Positions 56,293-64,000 of a stretch of 64,000 nucleotides of DNA are shown here, one piece after another. The stretch is from Burkholderiales bacterium. Its GTDB lineage: Bacteria > Pseudomonadota > Gammaproteobacteria > Burkholderiales > SG8-39. A model generated the notes under the pieces. That model was not told where the DNA came from. It did no database searches and worked only from the letters and a program-made list of their open reading frames with translations. The stretch is taken from contig DATLUZ010000019.1 in the NCBI GenBank assembly GCA_035577785.1, positions 1,498 to 65,497 of the forward strand, in the 5' to 3' direction. Numbering within the stretch: the stretch's first letter is position 1; each line of letters opens with the position of its first letter. Made by a program: the position numbers and the translations under genes.

Positions 56293-56403
56293 CCTACCGC
56301 GCCGGCGCGCGGGCGCCTATCCAGTAGTTCCTGCCGGCGGCGGCGGCGGGCAAAAGTTCGTGAGATTTTTCCTACGCACCGTACGCACTATCATGGCGGC
56401 GCC

Positions 56404-57159
56404 GTGAAAAAAAACCTCCCGACCATAGCGGTCAGCGACGAGCGCGGCGTGCGCTCGCTGCACGTCGGCGGCGAGGCGATCCAGAGCTCGATGCGGCTGG
56501 GCGACCCGTTCGCGCTGGCGCTCGACTACACCCGCTGCATGATGGCTTTCCTGCTGTTCCACCCGGAGCCGCGCCGCGCGCTGATGATCGGGCTGGGCGG
56601 CGGCTCGCTGCCGAAGTTCTTTCTCAAGCACCTGCGGCGCACCAAGGTGCGGGTGGTCGAGCTCGATCCCCGCATCGTGGCGACCGCGCGTACCCATTTC
56701 TCGCTGCCGGCGGACGACGAGCGCCTCGCGGTCGAGATCGGCGACGGCGCCGAGGCGCTCGCGCCGGAATGCTGCGACGTCCTGGTCGTAGACGCTTACC
56801 ACGACGAGGCGCACGTGCCGGAGCTCGCCGCCGCCGAGTTCTACGACGCCGCCTTTCTCGCGCTCGAGCCGCGCGGCGTGCTCGTGGTGAACTTCATGGA
56901 CGACGATCCGCGCCTCGGTCAGTACATGCGCCGGCTCGAAAGCGCGTTCGGCGGCGCGGTCGTCTCGATGCGTGCGCTCTACGACCAGAACATCTCCGCC
57001 TTCGCCCTCAAAGGGATGCCGCCGAGGCTCGAATGGGAGGAGCTGCGCCGGCGCGCCGGCCGGCTCGAGTCGCGCCTCGGCCTGCCGTTCACGAAGTACC
57101 TGCGGCGCCTGCGCTCGATGAACCGCTCCGAGGGCGCGAGCCTGGTCCTCGGCGCCTGA
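56404..57159 (+). CDS. spermidine-synthase-like SAM-dependent transferase fold protein
   Basis: GTG start. ALMIGLGGGSL, VVELDP and VLVVDAYH match the polyamine aminopropyltransferase-like pattern. Confidence 0.65.
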   Translation: MKKNLPTIAVSDERGVRSLHVGGEAIQSSMRLGDPFALALDYTRCMMAFLLFHPEPRRALMIGLGGGSLPKFFLKHLRRTKVRVVELDPRIVATARTHFSLPADDERLAVEIGDGAEALAPECCDVLVVDAYHDEAHVPELAAAEFYDAAFLALEPRGVLVVNFMDDDPRLGQYMRRLESAFGGAVVSMRALYDQNISAFALKGMPPRLEWEELRRRAGRLESRLGLPFTKYLRRLRSMNRSEGASLVLGA

Positions 57160-57893
57160 TGGGCCTCGGCGAGCTTGCCGGGCTTGGCGCGATCGCGTTC
57201 GCGGGCGCGCTCATCTTCGGCCTTACCGGGTTCGGCGCCGCGCTCGTCACCATCCCGCTCGCGAGCTACATCGTGCCGCTGCCGTTCGCGCTCGCGCTCT
57301 TCGCGCTCTCCGACCTGGTGAGCGCCTTGGGCGTCGGTCTCGAGAACCCGCGCAACGCGGTGCGCGGCGAATGGACGCGGCTGGTGCCGATGATCGTCGC
57401 GGGCACGGCGCTTGGGGTGACCGCTCTCGTCAACCTGCCGCGCGCCGCGGGCATGCTGCTCCTCGGCGTCTTCGTGGTCTCGTTCGCGCTATACAGCCTG
57501 GTACGGCGCCACGGCTCGCGCGTCATCTCGGCTCGCTGGGCCTGGCTCGCGGGGTTTGCGGGCGGCGTCACCAGCAGCCTGTTCGGCGCCGGAGGACCGC
57601 CTTATGCGATCTATCTTTCGCAGCGCGGGCTCACCAAGGAGCAGTTCCGCGCCACGCTCGGCTTCGCGATCATCACGAGCATTTCGCTGCGGGTGCTTGC
57701 GTTCCTGGTCACCGGGCTGCTGCTCGATGCTCGCGTCTGGATCGCCGCCGCGGTTGCGGCGCCCTGTGCATTCGCCGGCATCGCGTTGTCGCGGCGCGTG
57801 TTTCAGCGCATCTCGCGCGAAATGCTGCTACGCGCCGTAACCGTCATGCTGCTTGCTTCGGGTACGTCGCTGATCGTGCGGGCGCTCGGCTAG
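57159..57893 (+). CDS. TSUP-family (TauE/SafE) membrane transporter
   Basis: The ATG overlaps the upstream stop. About 7-8 TM segments. Internal duplication with G-rich helices (GLTGFGAAL, LFGAGGPP). Confidence 0.75.
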   Translation: MGLGELAGLGAIAFAGALIFGLTGFGAALVTIPLASYIVPLPFALALFALSDLVSALGVGLENPRNAVRGEWTRLVPMIVAGTALGVTALVNLPRAAGMLLLGVFVVSFALYSLVRRHGSRVISARWAWLAGFAGGVTSSLFGAGGPPYAIYLSQRGLTKEQFRATLGFAIITSISLRVLAFLVTGLLLDARVWIAAAVAAPCAFAGIALSRRVFQRISREMLLRAVTVMLLASGTSLIVRALG

Positions 57894-59365
57894 CGCAGGC
57901 TCACGGTACCGCTTTTCCAGGATGCATCCTGCCAGCGCTGGAACTCGCGCAAGCCCGACGGATCCGCGAAATGCGACACCGTCGCCAGGGTGTCGAGGCG
58001 CACGACTTCGAAGCTGCGCCGGTATTTTCCGTCGCCGCGCGCCTCGCGCGCGACCAGCATGCGGTTGGACGGGGCCCAGCCGGCGAATTCCGCGTAGCCG
58101 ATGTGCGGCGCGGTGGCGGCCGGCGGCAGCACCCGCACGGTCCAGCCGTTCGGAGCCTTGCGGAAGATCCAAAGCTCGCGCCAGGCGGCCGTCGGCTGCA
58201 CCGCGAGCGCAGCCGCGCTGCCCTCCCGGTTGACGCTCGCCGAAGCCGTCCAGACCATGCCATAGGTGCAGCGCCGAGCGAGCGGCCGGCGCGCGTCGTT
58301 CTTCGCGTCAACGAGCAGCACGCACGTCTCGCCCGAGGGCCCGGCCGCGGTAACGAACCGGGGCCGCCTCTCGTCGGCGACGCGGCTCGGCTGTACGGCG
58401 GCCCAGCGCGACGCGCCGACCTGCATCGCCGCGTCGTTATAGATGCGCGCATCGTCGTCGCCGAACTTGGCCTTGTCGACGTCCGCGAGCGCGGCCAGTG
58501 CGCGGTTGGCAGCCGCCTGTGGCGGCTCCCCATTGCGCGCCTGGAGGTAGGCGATGCTTGCCCATACCTCGGCGCGGCGCATCAGGATCCGGTTGCGCAG
58601 GGACGCTGGCACGGAAGCCGCCTCGACGCGCTCGAGGACTTCGGCGCGCCACTGGTCCATGCGCCGGCGCTCTTCGGGGCGCAGATCCGTGCTTGTACAT
58701 TCGACACGGGTGAGCGCCAGGGCGGCCCGTGCGCGCTGGGGCGGGCTCGACGGCATCGCGAGCACCCTGCGGTACGCTTCGCCTTCGTAGCAGAAGTGCG
58801 CCCGGCCGTCCGCCTCGTGGTGGGCGAAGCGGATCCCGTAACGCGCGGCCACGTCGAGATGGCCCGCGAGCGTGGCTTGCGCGGCGCGGTCGAGCCTGGC
58901 GCTGCCCGCGCGCTCGGCCAGCCGCTCGGCGAAGCCGCCCAGGGCGTCGAGCGCGTCGGCGCCGAGCTCGCTCGCCAGCACTTCCGCCGGCGCCGCCTCG
59001 ATGTAGGCCGCAGCGAAGCCGATGCCCAGCGCTTCCGCGCCGGGCACACGCCGCAGGAATCGCACGATCGCCAGGAGCTCGGGCGCTTCCTCCGGCCGCA
59101 GCGCGATGCGCTGCACCTCGCTCGCCAGGACAAATCCTCCGCGCTCGCGCCTGTAGTCGAAGACCTCGAGATAGTCGAGGCGCTCGCCGCGCACCTCGAG
59201 CGTTTCTCCCGGCCACAGCAGGGCATTCGCGGGCGCGGCGTTGCGAGGCGCCGCCCGCAGCGCCGTCCGGTCGCGGATCACGATGGCGAGCGCCGCGGCG
59301 TCGGCGGCCGCGGAGAGCGGCAGCGACAGAAGGATCAAACCCGCCAGGACCGCGCGCAGGGTCAT
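57890..59365 (-). CDS. secreted 491-aa hypothetical protein with N-terminal SH3b-like segment
   Basis: Signal peptide MTLRAVLAGLILLSLPLSAAA. Its start overlaps the SPFH gene stop (ATGA). Confidence 0.65.
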   Translation of the reverse strand: MTLRAVLAGLILLSLPLSAAADAAALAIVIRDRTALRAAPRNAAPANALLWPGETLEVRGERLDYLEVFDYRRERGGFVLASEVQRIALRPEEAPELLAIVRFLRRVPGAEALGIGFAAAYIEAAPAEVLASELGADALDALGGFAERLAERAGSARLDRAAQATLAGHLDVAARYGIRFAHHEADGRAHFCYEGEAYRRVLAMPSSPPQRARAALALTRVECTSTDLRPEERRRMDQWRAEVLERVEAASVPASLRNRILMRRAEVWASIAYLQARNGEPPQAAANRALAALADVDKAKFGDDDARIYNDAAMQVGASRWAAVQPSRVADERRPRFVTAAGPSGETCVLLVDAKNDARRPLARRCTYGMVWTASASVNREGSAAALAVQPTAAWRELWIFRKAPNGWTVRVLPPAATAPHIGYAEFAGWAPSNRMLVAREARGDGKYRRSFEVVRLDTLATVSHFADPSGLREFQRWQDASWKSGTVSLR

Positions 59366-60585
59366 CGCTTCTGGGCGCCGAGCAGGGTGGCGCCGATGAA
59401 GCCGTTGTCCGCGGGCGGCGGCGCGATGATGACCTGGACCTTGTCGGAGAGCTTGTCCGCGAGCGCTTTCTGGATGAGAAGCGGATGCCGCGTGACCAGC
59501 GCCCCTTCGCGCTCCATCTGCTCGGCGGTGGCCTTGCCGATCTTCTCCAGGCGGTAGGCCTCGGCATCGGCGAGTTTCTGGCGCGCCTGGGCCTCGGCGA
59601 CCGCCTCGATCTGGCGCGCTTCCGCGGATCCCTCGGCGCTGCGGACGCGGGCCACTTTCTCCGCCTCGGCTTCGAGGCGGCGCTGCTCGATCTGGCGCTG
59701 CTTGAAGGGCAGCACGTGCGCCATCGCCTCTTCCTGCGCTCTCGCGGCGATGACCTGCTCGCGCGCCGCGGCTTCGGCGGTCTTCTCACGCCGCACCTTC
59801 TCCGCCTCGGCGTCGAGCGCGCTTTCCTGGACGCGCTTGTCCTTGAGATCGAGCGTGTAGCGCATCTTCTCGGCCGCGAGCTCCTCGGCGAGGAGCGAAT
59901 TCATTCCGCGGCGGTAATCCTGGGGGAGGTCGACCTTGCCGATCACCACGCCGCGCAGCACGAGGCCGTCGGCGGCGAGGCGCGTCCCGACCTCGGACTC
60001 GATCGCCTGCTGGATCTCGACCCGCTTGGTGGAGAAGATCTCGCGTACCGTGTAACGCGCGAACACTTTGTAGATCACCCCCTGCACCGCGGGGTCGACG
60101 ATGTCGGCGGAGATGTCGTCCGGGAGCGTGTTCCACACCGCGCGCAGCCGCGCGGCGTCGAGCGCGTAGCGGACCGTGAGATCGACGCCGAGCGAGAGCC
60201 CCTCGAGCGATTGCAGCGGCGACGTGCCTTCGGCGCTCGCCATCTGCGCCGGCCGGTAGCTGCGGTCGCGCAGGGCGAAGATGCGCGTCTCGTGCAGCAG
60301 CGGCAGGACGAAAACGCTCCCTTCGCGCCATTCGGTGAGCTGGCCCGTAAGGCGGTTCGCGCGCACCCCGAGCTCGCCCCGCTCCACACTCTTGAATGGC
60401 GGATGACGGTAGAGGAGGTAGCCGGCTGCGGCCACGACGACGGCGATCGCGATCAACCCCCTGACCGCGGCGAGTCCGTCCAATCCGCGGCGCGCCCCGT
60501 TTGCCGACACATTGGCAGCATGGCCGGCAGAGCGGGCCAGCGCGTTCTGGACTTGGGAAAGCAGGTGCTTGAGGCGTTCCAGCAT
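59362..60585 (-). CDS. SPFH/band-7 (prohibitin/flotillin-like) membrane protein
   Basis: Start MLERLKHLL at 60585. One N-terminal TM, an SPFH core and a long Ala/Glu/Arg coiled-coil C-terminus. Confidence 0.8.
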   Translation of the reverse strand: MLERLKHLLSQVQNALARSAGHAANVSANGARRGLDGLAAVRGLIAIAVVVAAAGYLLYRHPPFKSVERGELGVRANRLTGQLTEWREGSVFVLPLLHETRIFALRDRSYRPAQMASAEGTSPLQSLEGLSLGVDLTVRYALDAARLRAVWNTLPDDISADIVDPAVQGVIYKVFARYTVREIFSTKRVEIQQAIESEVGTRLAADGLVLRGVVIGKVDLPQDYRRGMNSLLAEELAAEKMRYTLDLKDKRVQESALDAEAEKVRREKTAEAAAREQVIAARAQEEAMAHVLPFKQRQIEQRRLEAEAEKVARVRSAEGSAEARQIEAVAEAQARQKLADAEAYRLEKIGKATAEQMEREGALVTRHPLLIQKALADKLSDKVQVIIAPPPADNGFIGATLLGAQKR

Positions 60586-60729
60586 GTTGTTCTTCCCGGT
60601 TCGATGACGGCGAGCTATTTCAGCCGGCCATTCGGGCACTGCGGGGACGAGCGGATGGAAAAGCGCTGGCGAAGCGTGGCGGGAAACGGCGTGGACGGCG
60701 CCGCCCGGCGGCGCGCACAATAGCGGATC

Positions 60730-61635
60730 GTGCCTGCCGAACCGCATGTCATTGAAGCGGTCGTCACTCCGGCGACGCGCGATCTGGGCGAGGGCTTCCA
60801 GGTGCGCCGCGCGCTGCCTTCCATGCAGCGCCGCATGATCGGTCCGTTCGTTTTTCTCGACGAGATGGGCCCGGTGCGTCTCGCGCCTGGAACCGGCCTC
60901 GACGTGCGGCCGCACCCGCATATCGGCCTCGCGACGCTGACCTATCTCTTCGAGGGGGAGATCCTTCACCAGGACAGCCTCGGCGTGCGCCAACCGATCC
61001 GGCCGGGCGACGTGAACTGGATGATCGCCGGCCGCGGCATCGTGCATTCCGAGCGCACCCCGCAGCCGCTGCGCGCGCAAGGCCCGGCCCTGTGGGGCTT
61101 GCAGTCGTGGGTCGCCCTGCCACAGCCCGACGAAGAGGTCACGCCGAGCTTTCGCCATCATCCCGCCGCCGAGCTGCCGCGAGCGTCGGTCGGCGGGGCC
61201 GAGATACGCCTCATCGCCGGAACGCTCCTCGGCCTGCGCTCGCCGGTGAAGGCTTTATCGCCGCTGTTCTATGCCGACACGACACTGGACGAAGGCGCCG
61301 CGCTCGAGCTCGGGCCTGAGCACGAAGAACGCGGCGCCTATATTGTCGACGGAGCGGTATCGGTGGACGGCGGTGAGTTGTCGCGTGGCCGGCTGGTTGT
61401 CTTCAGGGCCGCGGTCCGCGTCGTGCTCAAGGCGCGCACGCGGGCGCGCCTGATGCTGCTGGGCGGCCAGACGCTCGGCCCGCGCCACGTTTGGTGGAAC
61501 TTCGTGTCCAGCTCGAGGGAGCGGATCGAGCAGGCGAAGCAGGACTGGAAGGCAGGCCGCTTCGGCGCTGTGCCGGGCGACCCGGAGTTCATACCGCTCC
61601 CGGAAGAACGCAAGCCGGCGGTCGACTATCCCTAG
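60730..61635 (+). CDS. pirin-family protein
   Basis: GTG start. GPFVFLDEMGP and HPHIGLATLTYLFEGEILHQDSLG cupin metal site. Confidence 0.9.
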   Translation: MPAEPHVIEAVVTPATRDLGEGFQVRRALPSMQRRMIGPFVFLDEMGPVRLAPGTGLDVRPHPHIGLATLTYLFEGEILHQDSLGVRQPIRPGDVNWMIAGRGIVHSERTPQPLRAQGPALWGLQSWVALPQPDEEVTPSFRHHPAAELPRASVGGAEIRLIAGTLLGLRSPVKALSPLFYADTTLDEGAALELGPEHEERGAYIVDGAVSVDGGELSRGRLVVFRAAVRVVLKARTRARLMLLGGQTLGPRHVWWNFVSSSRERIEQAKQDWKAGRFGAVPGDPEFIPLPEERKPAVDYP

Positions 61636-62072
61636 GGCTTCTCCGGGCCTGGCGTCGAGCCCTGTTCGAAGACCTCCGCGCCCTGCGGGCATGTGAACCA
61701 CTTGTGCTTGGAGCGCGTCCAGACGTGGCGCGAGATCGCCAGCCAGTTCGGATCGTCGAACGCTCCGACGGCGAGCGCGCGCAGGCCGGGATAAAGCTCC
61801 AATGTCCACGTCACGGTGCTGCCGCACTTCGGGCAGAACTGCATTCTCAGCCAGCGACCGCTCTCGTCCGAGCGGTGCTCGTAGGTCCTGAGCTCGCCGT
61901 CGAGCTGGACATCGACCTCGCTGAAGTAGGCGCCCATGCCGAACGCGCTGCCGGTGCGGCGCTGGCAGCTGCGGCAGTGGCACGCGGCTTTGCGCACCGG
62001 CTCGTTCAGCGCGCGAAAGCGCACCGCGCGGCAATGGCAGCCACCCTCTTGGGCTTGTGGGATTGGTGCCAT
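61632..62072 (-). CDS. GFA-family (glutathione-dependent formaldehyde-activating / CENP-V-like) protein
   Basis: Start MAPIPQ at 62072. Cys clusters GGCHCRAVRF, CHCRSCQRRTG and FCPKCGS. Confidence 0.85.
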   Translation of the reverse strand: MAPIPQAQEGGCHCRAVRFRALNEPVRKAACHCRSCQRRTGSAFGMGAYFSEVDVQLDGELRTYEHRSDESGRWLRMQFCPKCGSTVTWTLELYPGLRALAVGAFDDPNWLAISRHVWTRSKHKWFTCPQGAEVFEQGSTPGPEKP

Positions 62073-62083
62073 GCGTCTCCCTT

Positions 62084-62377
62084 TCAGGACCTGCATTGCC
62101 CGGTGACGCTGAACAGGCCGTCGCGGGTCCCGTCGTTGCGCAGCACGTAGCCGTTGCGGCAGATGCGCAGCCGCTCGAGCTCCTCGTCGAGCACCTGGTT
62201 GAATTTCGGGCTGCCGTAGCCGCCCCACTGGCGCAGCAGCTCGGGCTCGACCTCGAAGCGGAACGGGCCCTGTCCCACCACGGCGTAGCGCTTGTTCTGC
62301 AGCTCGGGATGCGGCGTGCTGCACGCGGCAGCGAGCAGTGCGGACAGGACGAGTGAACACGGCCTGGCGTGCTTCAT
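62084..62377 (-). CDS. small lipoprotein, hypothetical
   Basis: Signal peptide with LLAAAC lipobox-like end. 97 aa. Host-like codon usage. Confidence 0.6.
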   Translation of the reverse strand: MKHARPCSLVLSALLAAACSTPHPELQNKRYAVVGQGPFRFEVEPELLRQWGGYGSPKFNQVLDEELERLRICRNGYVLRNDGTRDGLFSVTGQCRS

Positions 62378-62386
62378 CGCAGCCGC

Positions 62387-63745
62387 TCAGCCAACGGACA
62401 CGCGCTCGCGCAGGGTCACGAATTCCTCGGCCGCCGTGGGATGGATGCCGATGGTGGCGTCGAACTGCGCCTTGGTCGCGCCGAGCTTGACCGCGATGGC
62501 GACTCCCTGGATCACTTCGCCGGCGTCGGCGCCCAGCATGTGGGCGCCGACCACCTTCTGGCTGGCGCGGTCCACCACGAGCTTCATGAAGGTGCGCTCG
62601 CCCTTTTCGCCGAGGGTGAGCTTCAGCGCACGGAACGAAGCCTTGTACACGTCCACTGCGCCGAACTTCTCGCGCGCGTGCTCCTCCGACAGGCCGACGG
62701 TCGCGACGTTCGGGTTGGCAAAGATGGCCGTGGGCACGTTATCGTGGTCGACGGCGGTCGGCTGGTTGCCAAAGAGCGTCCTCGCGAGCCACATGGCTTC
62801 GGCCGTCGCGACCGGCGTGAGGTTGAGCCGATTGGTGAGATCGCCGATGGCGTGGATGGAATCCACCGAGGTCTTGGAGTACTTGTCGACGATCACCTCG
62901 CCGTCGGTGGCGAGCTCGACGCCGGCCGCTTCCAGGCCGAGGTTGGCGCTGTTGGGATGGCGTCCGGTCGCGAACATGACGAGCTCGGCCGCCTCGCGCG
63001 ACCCGTCGCCGAGCTCCACCTCCAGGCTGCCGTCGCCGCGCTTCGCGATGCGCAACGGCTCCGCGCCGAAATGCATCTTCACGCCTTTGGCGGCCATCTC
63101 TTCGGCGAGGCGCTCCCCCAGCTCGGCATCGAAGCCGCACAGCAGCCGCTTGCCGCGGTAAGAAAGCTTGGTCTGTACTCCGAGCCCGTTGAAGATGGAG
63201 GCGAACTCGACCGCGATGTAGCCACCGCCGATGAGGAGCACCCGCCGCGGCAGCCGCTCCAGGTGGAACACCTCGTTCGAGGTGATCGCGTGCTCGCGCC
63301 CGGGAATGTCGGGCACCGTGGGCCAGGAGCCGGTCGCAAGCAGGATGTGCCGGGCGGAGAAGCGCCGGCCGCCGATTTCGACGGTGTGCGGGTCGGCCAC
63401 GGTCGCGCGGCCGCGCATGATCTCGACCCCCGCGAGCGACAGCACCCGCTCGTAGACGCCGTTCAGGCGTGCGATTTCCCGGTCCTTGTTCGCGAGCAGC
63501 GTGGCCCAGTCGAAGCGCGGCTCGCCCACGGTCCAGCCGAAGCTCTTCGCAACTTCGAAGTCTTCCCGCATGTGGGCGGCGTAGGAGAAGAGCTTCTTCG
63601 GGATGCAGCCCACGTTGACGCAGGTGCCGCCGAAGCGCCCGGATTCGGCGATCGCCACCTTCGCGCCGTAACCGGCGCTGACGCGGCTCGCGCGCACGCC
63701 GCCCGAGCCGCCGCCGATGGTGAAGAGGTCGAAGTCGTGCTTCAC
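62387..63745 (-). CDS. gor: glutathione-disulfide reductase
   Basis: DLFTIGGGSGG, redox-active GGTCVNVGCIPKK and C-terminal dimerisation domain HPTAAEE. Confidence 0.9.
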   Translation of the reverse strand: MKHDFDLFTIGGGSGGVRASRVSAGYGAKVAIAESGRFGGTCVNVGCIPKKLFSYAAHMREDFEVAKSFGWTVGEPRFDWATLLANKDREIARLNGVYERVLSLAGVEIMRGRATVADPHTVEIGGRRFSARHILLATGSWPTVPDIPGREHAITSNEVFHLERLPRRVLLIGGGYIAVEFASIFNGLGVQTKLSYRGKRLLCGFDAELGERLAEEMAAKGVKMHFGAEPLRIAKRGDGSLEVELGDGSREAAELVMFATGRHPNSANLGLEAAGVELATDGEVIVDKYSKTSVDSIHAIGDLTNRLNLTPVATAEAMWLARTLFGNQPTAVDHDNVPTAIFANPNVATVGLSEEHAREKFGAVDVYKASFRALKLTLGEKGERTFMKLVVDRASQKVVGAHMLGADAGEVIQGVAIAVKLGATKAQFDATIGIHPTAAEEFVTLRERVSVG

Positions 63746-64000
63746 GTGGCAAGCCGGTAGCGCTCGCCTTCGGCGCGCACCGCGCCGTCGGCGAGGAGTT
63801 TCTGCAGGTGCGCGGTCAGCGAGCGCGCCGCAACGCCGTGCAGGCGCGGCGGCACGTCGTCGTAGACGAGCGGCAGCATCTCGGCGAGGCTCGGCTCGCC
63901 CAGCTTCGCGATGGCGTCGCGCACCTTGCCCTCGCGCTTCAGGCGGTGCTGCACCAGGCGCCGCACTTCGTGGTGCGGCTCGCCGATGAGATAGCCGTGC
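63742..64000 (-). CDS. MBL-fold hydrolase, C-terminal part only (gene continues beyond the window)
   Basis: Frame is open to the window edge. The C-terminal winged-helix-like tail (HRLKREGKV...LADGAV) resembles LACTB2-type MBL hydrolases. ATGA-type overlap with gor. Confidence 0.45.
   Translation of the reverse strand, partial: HGYLIGEPHHEVRRLVQHRLKREGKVRDAIAKLGEPSLAEMLPLVYDDVPPRLHGVAARSLTAHLQKLLADGAVRAEGERYRLAT

Overview
This is a high-GC proteobacterial chromosome segment. It is probably a Burkholderiales-type betaproteobacterium, judging from several Bug/TctC binding proteins, an MdtC-NodT efflux pair and a CpxRA-like system. I can support about 70 densely packed protein-coding genes, many with 4-nt start/stop overlaps. 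I see no rRNA, tRNA, CRISPR array, transposase or integrase. All domain calls come from motifs read by eye and from memory of families; no searches were run. Most of the window is ordinary metabolism and transport: RND efflux, beta-oxidation, Met biosynthesis, GSH reductase, GGDEF-EAL, sulfatase, MATE and MFS. The stand-out is 14.5-22.2 kb, a self-contained signalling island. Its core encodes a periplasmic FecR-domain protein, a heme-c (CxxCH) DUF3365/HAMP membrane sensor with no output domain, a TM-less Hanks Ser/Thr kinase, and a divergent class III nucleotidyl cyclase fused to an FHA domain. This core is flanked in mirror image by two paralogous modules. Each module has a CRP-family regulator, a small envelope protein ending in a near-identical 24-aa tail (FYVPAQHxNQATRxEEQPDAF) and a single-TM micro-protein. 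In one module the TM unit and the tail protein are fused. Four 15-bp TGTGN-N5-NCACA palindromes sit at conserved spacing in front of these small genes. Secondary observations are listed below:
- a cpxP-like/cpxRA locus with a perfect GTAAA-N5-GTAAA box
- three families of REP/MITE-like inverted repeats
- a sulfatase whose conserved N-terminus lies upstream of any canonical start codon
- a lower-GC islet of orphan small genes at 54.2-56.4 kb
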